A DNA stretch of 63,936 bases, the filler included, from an uncultured Methanosarcinales archaeon (GTDB taxonomy: Archaea > Nanobdellota > Nanobdellia > Woesearchaeales > CAYXTQ01): assembly GCA_964608065.1 (NCBI GenBank). It is 10 parts of 10 records of this genome, joined end to end, with 100 filler letters (N's around TTAATTAATTAA, not from the genome) between each part and the next. Parts side by side here need not be neighbours in the genome. Positions count along the whole stretch, not along the records: positions 27,350 to 33,924 come from CAZSMA010000082.1; positions 34,025 to 40,529 come from CAZSMA010000083.1; positions 40,630 to 47,107 come from CAZSMA010000084.1; 7 more parts are not named here. One strand, written 5' to 3'. Position numbers and translations under genes: made by a program. How positions within the stretch are numbered: the stretch's first letter is position 1; each line of letters begins with the position of its first letter. The notes under the pieces are model-generated. The model saw only the letters and a list, made by a program, of their open reading frames with translations. It was not told the origin of the DNA and ran no database searches. Positions 31,228 through 41,643 of the stretch are shown here, in pieces.

Positions 31228-32256
31228 ATGAAATCACAACATTTGGAACCTGAAAAATTTATTGAATATTGCTATCCAACCCAGCGGATTGGGAAGATAT
31301 GCAACATATTTGAACAGCTGGAATATGGGCAACTGGAAAAAGTTGTTGAAGAGATAAAATCTGATCCAAAAATGTATGAACATCTTTTTAAGACTTCTTT
31401 GGATACTTCTCTCGAAGGGAGAGAACAACATACTGTAATGGGTGATTTTATGATAGAGCAATATGAGGGGACAGCAGTGCACTCCCCTTCATACAAATGT
31501 ATAGTGATGGATAAAGATGGTTCGTTTGAGTTTACAAGTGCCGCAACAATCATTGTTTGCATGAAGCCAAATAGGAGTAAGGTTTGGTGTCATAGCTCTT
31601 TGACCAAAATAGGTGACAATCCTGCAACTAAAATAAACAAAAATCAATTTTCTAATTATTTTGAAAAAATCAGCAGAGTAAATGAAATGTATGCTGATAA
31701 ATTATGCAGTTATTTTAAGGATTCTATATCAAATGTCCGACCCGACATAACTTGTAACTGGCTTCATACAATGGATATAAGGGCTGTAAGCTCTTTGGAT
31801 AATTCTATTCAGAAGATTGTCTCGCCAATCAAAAATGAAACACCTTTTTCTGTTATAGAATTTTTATCAGACGAAGAGAGTAAGCCCGTAATTAAAGATC
31901 AAGTATATTTTGTTTTAACTAAAAGTATTAATTCAGTTGAAGATTACAAGTCATTATTTAGAAGTGTTAAAAAGAAATGGGCTAAAGGAAGGCAGTCAAA
32001 AATTGTTCTTGATGATTCATTTTATTATGAAGATTCAATTTTAAAAAAGGGATACCAGTGGTTTGGATATTCCTTTCAGGAAAATCATGCTATTTTCTTA
32101 CGAAGGGAAGATTTGTATAATAACAAGTCTTGTTTTTTTGGAATAGTAACTGATTCCATCGAAAAGATTAAAATTAATGCAGAGGAAGATAATCCCAATT
32201 CCTCTTCTATATCAATTGCTGAAGTTGTTGCAAGAGAATTTACTCGACATATTTAA
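31228..32256 (+). CDS. Hypothetical protein
   Basis: 342-aa ORF with TATA upstream. Confidence 0.65.
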   Translation: MKSQHLEPEKFIEYCYPTQRIGKICNIFEQLEYGQLEKVVEEIKSDPKMYEHLFKTSLDTSLEGREQHTVMGDFMIEQYEGTAVHSPSYKCIVMDKDGSFEFTSAATIIVCMKPNRSKVWCHSSLTKIGDNPATKINKNQFSNYFEKISRVNEMYADKLCSYFKDSISNVRPDITCNWLHTMDIRAVSSLDNSIQKIVSPIKNETPFSVIEFLSDEESKPVIKDQVYFVLTKSINSVEDYKSLFRSVKKKWAKGRQSKIVLDDSFYYEDSILKKGYQWFGYSFQENHAIFLRREDLYNNKSCFFGIVTDSIEKIKINAEEDNPNSSSISIAEVVAREFTRHI

Positions 32257-32626
32257 CTATGAATGTATAATTTTCTGAAGAATTAAACTGTATGATATAT
32301 ATATATATATATTTAAAAATATCAAAATATTTTATTAAGTATAGTCAAAGTTATTGAAAGAACTCCCAAGGAAATAGCCTTATCGGAAAAATTTTCTCAG
32401 TTAGAACAAATTGCAAGAAAATTTGTAGACGAGAAAAACATTTGCTTAAATTCAAACCTAAATTCATTTTCTCTTTATAAAAATTCCATACTTGTTATAC
32501 CTGAATTGAATAGGCTTTTTGTTTATGATTCACAGCAATTTGATTTTGCATTAGATTTAGCAAATTTATACGAGAACACCTGTAATGAAGAATTTATAAT
32601 AAAGAAAGAATATAAGGAATAATAAA

Positions 32627-32917
32627 ATGAATGATAGAAAAAATTATCTGAAAAGTGAAATCTATTTATCAGTTCCGGATTTTCTAAATGGAGCTTCAGA
32701 AAATCATTTGTTCGCAGAAGTGGCTAGGGAAATTGAACTTGAAGATTTGAAAGAATTTTATTCTAAAGAGCAGATGGTTCCAAAATATTGTAGCGAAGAA
32801 GAATATAATTTAATAAAGGCATCTACTTGTAGAGCTGATTATATCAAAGAACAACAAGATATCGCCAACTATGGAATAGGTCTATTTTTTCTTAAGGAAG
32901 TTCTCCTGCCCGTCTAA
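32627..32917 (+). CDS. Hypothetical protein
   Basis: 96-aa ORF. Confidence 0.5.
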   Translation: MNDRKNYLKSEIYLSVPDFLNGASENHLFAEVAREIELEDLKEFYSKEQMVPKYCSEEEYNLIKASTCRADYIKEQQDIANYGIGLFFLKEVLLPV

Positions 32918-32955
32918 ATGGTTATGTGCAACTATCGTTTAAACAAATTAAAGAA

Positions 32956-33201
32956 TTATTCGCTACCTTCATTTGGATTTTTGTGAGGATAACAACATAA
33001 AATATTATCTAAATATTTTATTCCGCAAAAATATGGACAAATAGAAATATTTTTTACACAGCACTTATGTTCATTGGTCTTCTCTATTTCGTTCCAAGGA
33101 CATTTGTTTTGATTCCAATGAATATCTTTTTGTTCTGTTGTTAAATCAATGTCCATATTTGCCCCGTCTAATTTTTTAATAATTTGTTCTTTATTTTCCA
33201 T
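32956..33201 (-). CDS. Small Cys-rich hypothetical protein
   Basis: CPWN...HKCC..NISICPYFCG...LCC. Confidence 0.6.
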   Translation of the reverse strand: MENKEQIIKKLDGANMDIDLTTEQKDIHWNQNKCPWNEIEKTNEHKCCVKNISICPYFCGIKYLDNILCCYPHKNPNEGSE

Positions 33202-33646
33202 ATGAATAAAAGAAGTTATTATTACTTTTAAAATTATCTTCTATTTTGCCATATTCTTTTTTTGGAGGCCAAATTTTTCCTACTTCCTGTTTGATTAAGC
33301 CTCCAAAAATCTTTGCGTTGGATTTCAAATTCAATTTTTCAACTAATTCTTTAAGATGTGAGAAAAAAATAGATTCTATTTCATTATTTATATTAAAATC
33401 ATATCCCACATAAAAATAAATATCTCCTTCACTATTTACAATACCTCTAGCAATTTCATTCATCAGTCCATCTTCCTTTTTAGATATCCAACCTTCTTTT
33501 TCAAACCAAACTGCATGAGAATATTCTAAATTTGGTTCAGCAATAAACAATTTGTTTTGATAAATACAAAACATTCTTCTGCTTCTGTGAAAAGTTCTAA
33601 CCTTCTTATCTTCTTTAATCCCATACTTCTTTTCAAAAATGTTCAT
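33191..33646 (-). CDS. Hypothetical protein
   Basis: 151-aa ORF with TATA upstream. Confidence 0.6.
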   Translation of the reverse strand: MNIFEKKYGIKEDKKVRTFHRSRRMFCIYQNKLFIAEPNLEYSHAVWFEKEGWISKKEDGLMNEIARGIVNSEGDIYFYVGYDFNINNEIESIFFSHLKELVEKLNLKSNAKIFGGLIKQEVGKIWPPKKEYGKIEDNFKSNNNFFYSYGK

Positions 33647-34024
33647 AATGAAAATATCTTATTGAATTATATAAATATTCCTTAATAGAAATAATGATGT
33701 TGGGGCGTTGAACCAATAACATAAATTGTAACATTTTGTGTTACACAATTTGTTACAAAAAGTATCATAAAAAGTGTAACACGTCTCGTGGGGCATTAAT
33801 CCTTAGGATTAAATCTTCTGCATAAACTGAATAATTTTGATATGTTTTAGTTCACTGCTCCGACCGAATCGGAGATACTTTGGACCAGAATAATGGCACT
33901 CTTTTTATTTTTGATTTTAATAATNNNNNNNNNNNNNNNNNNNNNNNNNNNNNNNNNNNNNNNNNNNNTTAATTAATTAANNNNNNNNNNNNNNNNNNNN
34001 NNNNNNNNNNNNNNNNNNNNNNNN

Positions 34025-34241
34025 AGGAAGTGTTAATAAATACAGCGATTTGGATTTAGTTGTAGTATCTAATAAGTTCAAAGGCCTGAAATACAGGAAA
34101 AGAGCTACCAAGATGTATGATTACTGGAATTTAAGTTATCCTGTTGATTTTTTATGCTATACACCTGGTGAATTTAATAGGTTAAAGAAGCAAATAACCA
34201 TAGTTAAATCTGCTTTGAAAGATGGTGTAGAAATAAAGTAA
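34025..34241 (+). CDS. Minimal nucleotidyltransferase (MNT), C-terminal part
   Basis: SDLDLVVVS...VDFLCYTPGEF. Confidence 0.8.
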
Positions 34242-34289
34242 TAGCAATAGATTAGAAAAGCTTTTTAAAAAAAAAAAAGGTGATAAATA

Positions 34290-35033
34290 ATGAAAAAAAT
34301 AATTGTTTTGTTAATATGCTCAGTATTTTTTTTAACAGCTTTAAATTTTGTCTTTGCAGGATGTGGAGACTCTCCTGATTTTGCATGTGAGGCTCCGGCT
34401 GAAAACTGTGAGACATGCCCTATAGATTGCATTTGTACTGGGGATACTGTATGCCAAAGCGGTTCATGTGTTCCATTCAATCCTGCAGCATCACCTTGTG
34501 ATTACCAATATTACACTTCAAACAGTTGCCTAGGCCAGTGTCCTTCAGGTTACGCTTGTACTGAAATGACTAATTCAGACTGTACTTACCCTGAATGCAA
34601 CCAAGATATTTGTTGGTGTAATATATGTACTACATATAACACTGGTATTTATTTTTGTGGAATCCCTATCTATAGTTCTAATACCTGCAACTATAGACTT
34701 GCAGATGACACTGACTGTGATGGAAGCCCTAACTGGATACTGTACCCGTTAAGAACTTGTACTGCTACTAACGGAGTATGCAATCTTTATACAAATAGTT
34801 ATTGTGATACAGCTGCTAATCCTAATCAGTGTTGTAGAATTGGGTGGTATTGGAATGGTGCAGCATGTGAAGAACAAGCACATTGTAATGATATTTGCCC
34901 TTGGGAACCAACAGATGGACAATATTGGTTTGATTCAGATTGTATTTTTGGGGGGGCTACAGAATGTTGTTGTGTAACTGGAAATTATGGAGACCCTGAT
35001 TTCAAAGAATATCTAGATATTGTAGTTTATTAA
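34290..35033 (+). CDS. Secreted cysteine-rich protein
   Basis: Signal peptide; 33 Cys in 247 aa; ENCETCPIDC motif. Confidence 0.8.
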   Translation: MKKIIVLLICSVFFLTALNFVFAGCGDSPDFACEAPAENCETCPIDCICTGDTVCQSGSCVPFNPAASPCDYQYYTSNSCLGQCPSGYACTEMTNSDCTYPECNQDICWCNICTTYNTGIYFCGIPIYSSNTCNYRLADDTDCDGSPNWILYPLRTCTATNGVCNLYTNSYCDTAANPNQCCRIGWYWNGAACEEQAHCNDICPWEPTDGQYWFDSDCIFGGATECCCVTGNYGDPDFKEYLDIVVY

Positions 35034-35908
35034 AGCTCTGTTTCATACCCAGTTCCAGTAAATTTGCTGTTTCTTCTATTATAGAAAGCATTCATAATTT
35101 TAGAATCAATATCTTGCCATCCTCTTAATGCTCCACCAATGCAACTATCTATCCCTTCACTTGGAGCTGAAGCAAGAGCATTACCTGTATGTGTTAATCC
35201 TTGTGCAATTTCTTCATCTATCCGTTCCCATGGAACATTATTCTTTAAATAAACATCACATCTTGTAATATTGCCATTACTAGCTCCAGGCTCTGCATGG
35301 CTGGTTCTGTCGGAATTCAAATGTACAATAAAATTTGCTTCATCTGCACTATCCACAAAATTCTGACCTGCTCTTCCACTTCCAGAAACAGCTAATCTAC
35401 TTTTAGCTAAACTATAGTCAGGGTCAGAAATATTACCATCTATATATGTTAGAATATTGCTATTAAATTTATAAGTGCCTCCTGCAGCAATATTACTATG
35501 GGCAAAAAATCTTTCCCATTCTGTTGGTATTAAAATATGTTCTCTTCCATTTTCTAATCTATTACGCCATTTAACATGGTTATTAACATTAATCTCACAC
35601 TCTGTTGAGTTATTATACTCAGCAGTACACACACCATTAGTTATAGGATATCTTCCTTTATCAGTATCTACAACACCACCTGTAATGGCATTTCCATAAA
35701 AATCTTTTATATAAAGTAAAGCACTTTTAATTATTGGATCAGGTTCATAGGGATTACTTTTTTTACAAGCAGCAATAACACCAGTTAAACCTGTAACGAA
35801 TCCTAAAGTTTTTAAAAAATTCCTTCTCTCAACAGGATTAGAATTTTCATTAAGTTCTTTAAGTTTATCACTACCTTTTATAAGCTTATCTTCAAGTTTC
35901 ATTGCCAT
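35030..35908 (-). CDS. Putative Tat-signal lipoprotein with degenerate zincin/DUF2927-like C-terminus
   Basis: RRNFLK twin-arginine motif, IAAC lipobox, DEEIAQGL. Confidence 0.55.
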   Translation of the reverse strand: MAMKLEDKLIKGSDKLKELNENSNPVERRNFLKTLGFVTGLTGVIAACKKSNPYEPDPIIKSALLYIKDFYGNAITGGVVDTDKGRYPITNGVCTAEYNNSTECEINVNNHVKWRNRLENGREHILIPTEWERFFAHSNIAAGGTYKFNSNILTYIDGNISDPDYSLAKSRLAVSGSGRAGQNFVDSADEANFIVHLNSDRTSHAEPGASNGNITRCDVYLKNNVPWERIDEEIAQGLTHTGNALASAPSEGIDSCIGGALRGWQDIDSKIMNAFYNRRNSKFTGTGYETEL

Positions 35909-35967
35909 ATTCCTAACTTAAAAACAACTCCTATATAAACCTTTCTATTTTATAGTCATTTAGGAGT

Positions 35968-36246
35968 GGTGATAAATACAACTTTCATAAACGAACTGAC
36001 CTAGATTAATGTTCTTAATCTTATCTTAAAAAAATCATTCCATGTCAAAGGTTTGCAAAGCAAACCTTCTCTCATGGCTGGAATTGCTCCTTTCTTTGCT
36101 TCAATAAGATTATGTTGTATGCTAAATATCTCTAATCTGTTTTCAATACATTCCTTCTTCTTTGCAAAGGTTCTTGCTTTTCTTGTAAAGCAAGAAATTC
36201 TCTCACGAAGTTTAGAACAAAAACCATCAATTTGTGTAATACTTAT
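35968..36246 (-). pseudogene. IS1-family remnant (transposase C-terminus 36001-36246 plus one terminal repeat)
   Basis: Start-less frame ISITQIDGFCSKLRER...TRKARTFAKK...HN...PAMREG...LTW; end GGTGATAAATACAACTT resembles an IS1 IR. Confidence 0.65.
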
Positions 36247-36965
36247 CTTATCTTAGCTAATTTCCACATTAATTCAAAATATCTTCTGTAAGCATCTGCT
36301 ATTTCTTTGTTCTTGATCTGTATTGTTAAAGCTTTTTTCTTCCATAATATTAAAACAACCTCATCCCCGCAAATATTTGTTGCAACTGGGCTGTCAAATT
36401 CTCTTGGTAAAGTTCTTGCTTCAGTATATTGTAATTTATTAAGATAATTAATCCTATCTTTAGCGTCAGTATTATAAATATGTTTCATCCATATCTTTTG
36501 TTTAATTCTTTTTTTATGGAATTGTTCTAAGAAAGGCCCTATAAGTTCAGCAACATCACTAATAACTCCATAGACAAGTATTGTTTCCTTTTTCTCCAAT
36601 AAATGATTTAAAATATGTTTAGCCGCAGGTAATCCTTCATGGATGTTTGCTTCGCTTTTTACTGCTAATTCTTTACCTAATTTTAATTGTGGAAGGATCT
36701 TTTTTATTTTATGTTCTTTTTCTTTAAGAATATTTAATAAACTGTTTGGATCTGTAGCTTCATAGTATCTTGCATTATTTTTTGTTATATGTGCTACTAA
36801 TCCTTTTTCTATTAATCTATTTAACACATCATGACAATTTGTCCTATGAACTCCACTTTTTTCAGATATTTTACTGACAGTACTTGAACCTAACTCAATT
36901 AAAGCTAAATATACTTTAGCTTCGTTCTTACTTAATCCAATATCTTCTAAGATATTTTCATTCAT
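36243..36965 (-). CDS. TrmB-family transcriptional regulator
   Basis: LEDIGLSKNEAKVYLALIELG wHTH. Confidence 0.9.
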   Translation of the reverse strand: MNENILEDIGLSKNEAKVYLALIELGSSTVSKISEKSGVHRTNCHDVLNRLIEKGLVAHITKNNARYYEATDPNSLLNILKEKEHKIKKILPQLKLGKELAVKSEANIHEGLPAAKHILNHLLEKKETILVYGVISDVAELIGPFLEQFHKKRIKQKIWMKHIYNTDAKDRINYLNKLQYTEARTLPREFDSPVATNICGDEVVLILWKKKALTIQIKNKEIADAYRRYFELMWKLAKIR

Positions 36966-37070
36966 AATTATTTAAAATAGTTTTTTAGTTTTTAAATATT
37001 CCTATTTATCACTCTAAAGAAGCAAAAAGTTTATATAATCATTTAACATTCTGATTATTGGGGGTGCTTA

Positions 37071-38711
37071 ATGAACTCATTAGAACTTAAAGTAGGAATT
37101 GTTGGAACAGGAAGTGTTGGAAAAAAGATTTCTGAAGAAATATTAAGAGAATACTCTACATTACCTAAAAGAAATAGATTAAAATTAAAGAGTTTAATAT
37201 TGGTTGATAGAGACATAGAAAAAGCAAGAGCTAAATATAGAATATTAAAGGGGCAATATGACACTAAAGGTCTTTTAGTAGATATTGTAGAAACACCTTT
37301 CATACATTATAACAAAGATGATGCATTCAAAGCATATTTAGATAAACTAAAAGAGATGTGTAATGTTATATTTATTTCTTCAGGAGTTAAAGGAGTGAAG
37401 GGCAAAACAGTAAATAGAAATGCAGCATTAGAAAATTTAGAACTTACAGACACTATAATGGATTCATTACAAGGATCTAAGCAATTTGGAAACAATAGGT
37501 TATTAATGTGTATACAAAATCCTGTAGATGCTTGTACATACAAGGCGCTAAAACATTTAAGTAAAAGAGAATTAATACCAAATGTTGTTGGTTTAGATCA
37601 CACAGATACAAAAAGATTTTATGAAATTGTTAAAGAAGTTGTTAAAGAGGTATATGGGATAGAGAAAGAAATAATTGGCGGGGGAGTTTATGGAACACAT
37701 AATAAATTTATGGTTCCAATTTATTCTAGTTTACTTATTGGTGGAAAAAGTTTCTTAGATGAAATCCCAAATTTAAGGAAAGCAATCAAAGAGGAAGTTA
37801 TATCTTATGCACAAAATCTTCTCAAAACATTACATACACATGAAGACCATACCTCTTATGCAGCAATGGATGTTATAAGGACTTTATTAAATCAAAATAA
37901 TGTTGTAAATCTCTCTTATTATCTAAAACTATCAGAAACTGAACTTTTTGATAATACAAAAAAATATAGAGATAATAATGACTTAGTAAAAATCCTCAAG
38001 AATATGGGAAGAAAAAATGAACTTGAAAAGTTTGAATCAATGATTTCTAATATTGAAAAAGAAGATAAAGGACTATGTTTTGGTGTGCCTATTAAATTTA
38101 ATGGTTTCACTCCAGAAATTCAATGGAATTTATTTAATAAGGTTAATGAAGAAGAAGCAACGCTTCTTTTAGAATCCTATTATAATCAAAAAAAAATTTT
38201 GGAGGACAAACTTGGAGAAGGTTATATTTCTTTGCCTCCTAAAAAAATAGACATAGAATTAACACAAAAATCTTTATGTGATCTTTATAAAGTAAAAAAA
38301 AAAATTGATGAATTTATAAAAACAAATTATAAAGGGATACTTCATTCTAGCGAAGCTAAAAAATATAATATAGCTGAAGGTCGTCGTTTTATTTGGGTAT
38401 CAGCTAGTAAAACAATTAAAGATTATAGATCAATGAGCCCAGAATATCATACTGATTTAACTGAAATAAATAATTTTAGTTCTTTAGAAAATGGTGTAAT
38501 TGCTTTTTACATACAAGAAGCAACTAAAGATACTTCAAAATTTGTGGCTACAGTAGCCACTAAAATTAACTCATCAGAGTATACTATTCAATATTTCACA
38601 AATTGGGATAAATATGTGAAAACTCATTTAGATGTATTCAAAACCCTAGAATATCAATGCAAATCATTAAAAGATAAAATTAAGGGTGTGATAAAGTGGA
38701 GAAAGACCTAA
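37071..38711 (+). CDS. LDH/MDH-like NAD-binding protein with long C-terminal extension
   Basis: GIVGTGSVG, LVDRD, NPVD, DTKR, YGTH. Confidence 0.7.
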   Translation: MNSLELKVGIVGTGSVGKKISEEILREYSTLPKRNRLKLKSLILVDRDIEKARAKYRILKGQYDTKGLLVDIVETPFIHYNKDDAFKAYLDKLKEMCNVIFISSGVKGVKGKTVNRNAALENLELTDTIMDSLQGSKQFGNNRLLMCIQNPVDACTYKALKHLSKRELIPNVVGLDHTDTKRFYEIVKEVVKEVYGIEKEIIGGGVYGTHNKFMVPIYSSLLIGGKSFLDEIPNLRKAIKEEVISYAQNLLKTLHTHEDHTSYAAMDVIRTLLNQNNVVNLSYYLKLSETELFDNTKKYRDNNDLVKILKNMGRKNELEKFESMISNIEKEDKGLCFGVPIKFNGFTPEIQWNLFNKVNEEEATLLLESYYNQKKILEDKLGEGYISLPPKKIDIELTQKSLCDLYKVKKKIDEFIKTNYKGILHSSEAKKYNIAEGRRFIWVSASKTIKDYRSMSPEYHTDLTEINNFSSLENGVIAFYIQEATKDTSKFVATVATKINSSEYTIQYFTNWDKYVKTHLDVFKTLEYQCKSLKDKIKGVIKWRKT

Positions 38712-39943
38712 GACTGGATAATTACATAATAAAAGAAAAAGTTGGTGAAGGTGGTTTTGGCACTGTTTGGAAAGCTATAGAAGTGGATACAGATTCTACT
38801 ATAGCTATAAAATTTCTTAATGAAACCTACTCAAAAAACAATAAAGTTGTAAAAAAATTCTTAGAAGGTGTTGAAAGAATATCATCCTTGGATCATCTTA
38901 ACATTGTCAAAGTTTTTGATATAGGAAGTGTTGATAAAATACCTTATTTTGTTATGGAATACGTTAATGGACTAAATTTACAAAAATTAGTTCAAAAAGA
39001 AGGTGCTTTATCATTTGAAAGAAGCATAGATGTTATTACCCAATTATTAGATGCATTAGATTATACACATAAAAAAGGTATAATCCATATGGATATATGG
39101 CCACCAAACATACTTTTTACTGAAGATGGTATCCCAAAACTAACTGATTTTGATTTAGCAAGAGCTAAACAAGAAACTGAAGAATTTAAAGATTTTACGC
39201 AAAATATGAGCCAAGGGGGGTTCATATTAGAAGGCTCAGGTGGTGGAAACCTAGAAAGGATTAGAAGCGTTTCCTCCTTTGGTGCTATACTTGGTTTATA
39301 TGCAAGCCCTGAAGTAGAAAACCCCAAATTATTTGGTCCTATAGATTATAGAGCGGATATATTTTCTTTAGGAAAAGTAGTTTGTTATATGTTAACTGGT
39401 ACTCGTATGTATGGTGTTGAACTTCCTCACCAAATGTTTCCTGATAAAATTCCAGAATATGTAGATGATATATTAAGAAAAGCTATTACTTTTAAANNNN
39501 NNNNNNCCTCTGCAAAAGAGTTTTTAGGAGCATTAAAAAAAGGTCCAAGTTATATTAAAAAAGAAAAATTAAATCCTGAATTTGAAAGTAAATATAAAAA
39601 TTTAACTAATTTGTTGAAAAAAGAAGAATATAATTATGAAGTTACTCCAATAGAAAATGTTTCTTCAACAAAAGAAAAAAACAGAGAGATGATTACATAT
39701 GTTACAGATAAAAACTTAGCAGGAAATACCGAAGTAATGAAAAGATTAAGTGGAATTGAGCAAACGATTAAAAAAAAAAAAGATAAAGACTTCAAAACAA
39801 TTTCTGACTTTCACGCATTTGCTCTTAAAATTAAAGAAGATAAGGCATTATTTGAAAAACATAGATCAGAGTTAAAAGATATTCTAGAAAAACTTGGTTA
39901 TTATGAAAAAGTTTGCAAAGCTTGGGGTCCGCCTTTTGCTTGA
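38696..39943 (+). CDS. Ser/Thr protein kinase, atypical motifs (contains short N gap)
   Basis: GEGGFGTV, AIK, HMDIWPPN, DFD, YASPE, DIFSLG. Confidence 0.88.
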   Translation: MEKDLRLDNYIIKEKVGEGGFGTVWKAIEVDTDSTIAIKFLNETYSKNNKVVKKFLEGVERISSLDHLNIVKVFDIGSVDKIPYFVMEYVNGLNLQKLVQKEGALSFERSIDVITQLLDALDYTHKKGIIHMDIWPPNILFTEDGIPKLTDFDLARAKQETEEFKDFTQNMSQGGFILEGSGGGNLERIRSVSSFGAILGLYASPEVENPKLFGPIDYRADIFSLGKVVCYMLTGTRMYGVELPHQMFPDKIPEYVDDILRKAITFKXXXXSAKEFLGALKKGPSYIKKEKLNPEFESKYKNLTNLLKKEEYNYEVTPIENVSSTKEKNREMITYVTDKNLAGNTEVMKRLSGIEQTIKKKKDKDFKTISDFHAFALKIKEDKALFEKHRSELKDILEKLGYYEKVCKAWGPPFA

Positions 39944-39950
39944 TTTTTGA

Positions 39951-40529
39951 GTGATTAATATGTCAGAAGAAAAATTAGTTGATAAGATAAAAAGAATAAA
40001 AGATTCATTAGAAGGAAAATTAAAAGAATTTGAAAATAGTGAACTAAAAAAAAGTATCATAGATAAAAAAATCCTGATACCAAAAGGGCTAGAAAACTTT
40101 GCTTATGATGTTATCCATAAAGGTAAAACAATATATGAAAAAGAAATAAAAAGTAAATGGAGTTCCATAAATAAACTTGAAAAAAAATTTTATAATACAC
40201 TTTGGTTTAAAACATTAACCCCTACTAGATACACCAAACGTAAAAAATGGGCAGAAGAAAAATTAAGTTTATTATTAAATGAATCTTTCTTAGGAGGTAT
40301 AAAAAATATTGCTTTGAAATTAAGAACTTATGAAACAGAAAATGTACATGATGATAGAACATTCTATGATTTAAATCAGCAAGAGTTGAGATGTTATTTT
40401 TTAGATCTTAGTAAAAATTTAATACCTAAAAATAAATATAAAAAAGATTTAGAAGAAAGAACTGTTTTTATTAATGATTATATCCTAAGATTATTTGAAT
40501 CGTACAAATGGTTTAATCTTTATTTAGAA
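39951..40529 (+). CDS. Hypothetical protein (truncated at contig end)
   Basis: Co-oriented ORF just after the kinase. Confidence 0.55.
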
Positions 40530-40681
40530 NNNNNNNNNNNNNNNNNNNNNNNNNNNNNNNNNNNNNNNNNNNNTTAATTAATTAANNNNNNNNNNNNNNN
40601 NNNNNNNNNNNNNNNNNNNNNNNNNNNNNATTCTGGGGTTTGTAGTTGGGTTGATTATAGTAGCTGTGTTCTGTCATAATA

Positions 40682-41239
40682 TCACCCTAACATAACCAAC
40701 ACATTAACCATATCCTTACTTCCACTGAATTCCATTGCTTTTCCAACAACTGATCCAAAGCACTGCTCCTTACCTTCGCACTTCATTGCATAGCCAGGTT
40801 TGCTGGAAGTGGTTAATAAGTCTCCTGGCTTTACAGAACCGTTTTCATCACTAAACTTGACAGCAACCTTTCCAGCCAGAGCAATAGCAACTCCATCTTC
40901 CTTACTGCCAATTATAATGCCTGGGTCTTCACTTACAATACCAGCTACTTTTGTATTATATTTTGTTTTTGATTTTTCAACTGAGCCGTCTTCTGCAATA
41001 GATACTACATCTCCTGGCTCTAGTTTTTCTTTTGCCTTGAAGTTTTCAGCTAGATCAGCTCCTGAGCCAGTGATGTTTCCTCCGACTATTAAGTTTCTGG
41101 AGATGTTTGCGTCTCCTTCAACTGTTAGTTTATGAGCAGGGTTAGTTGTCCCGATGCCGACGTTGCCTGTGACGTTTAGTGCTTCTGATGGGGCTGTGTT
41201 TGTATTGCTATCTACAGTTATTTTGTTCCGAGGCAGATA
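40682..41239 (-). pseudogene. Start-less C-terminal cassette of a fibre-like surface protein
   Basis: Open frame ...GNVGIGTTNP...GADLAENF...PGDVV...VAGIVS...ALAGKV...PGDLLTTSSKPGYAM...VVGKAME; in-frame stop upstream and no ATG/GTG/TTG until near the 3' end. Confidence 0.75.
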
Positions 41240-41643
41240 TTATTTTTGTTTATTGCATAATGTTTTATGTAGGATGTTAACCATCTTTTAGCAATATCTT
41301 CAACAGCTTTTTGGAATAATTTGTAATCTTGATATTTTTCTTTGCTGCTTTGCATAAAGGCGCTTCCATCAGGTTTTTCTGTTTTTATTATTCCAATAAT
41401 TTTGTTTTTGTTAGTTTTCTTGGCTAATCCTTTGATAACATAGCCATCTGGCATTGTGTAAATTAATGGCTTTAATGCTGTTTCACCTTTTTTTATGACT
41501 AAGGAAGGTTTTAGCTGCTTTATGAGGTCATTTTTGTTTTTAGCGCTAACTATGAAATGATGTTTTTCTCTATCTTCTATTTCAATGGCTTTAGTTCCAA
41601 CTTCTAGCAGTTTTCTTGTGTTCTTGATTTTGGTGTTGCTCAT
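41218..41643 (-). CDS. Hypothetical protein
   Basis: ATGA overlap with upstream gene. Confidence 0.6.
   Translation of the reverse strand: MSNTKIKNTRKLLEVGTKAIEIEDREKHHFIVSAKNKNDLIKQLKPSLVIKKGETALKPLIYTMPDGYVIKGLAKKTNKNKIIGIIKTEKPDGSAFMQSSKEKYQDYKLFQKAVEDIAKRWLTSYIKHYAINKNNICLGTK

Noticed and set aside
27350..33924. Integron cassette array
   Set aside because: Only isolated GTTATGT/GCAAC-like half sites; no convincing attC folds, no integrase, mixed gene orientation
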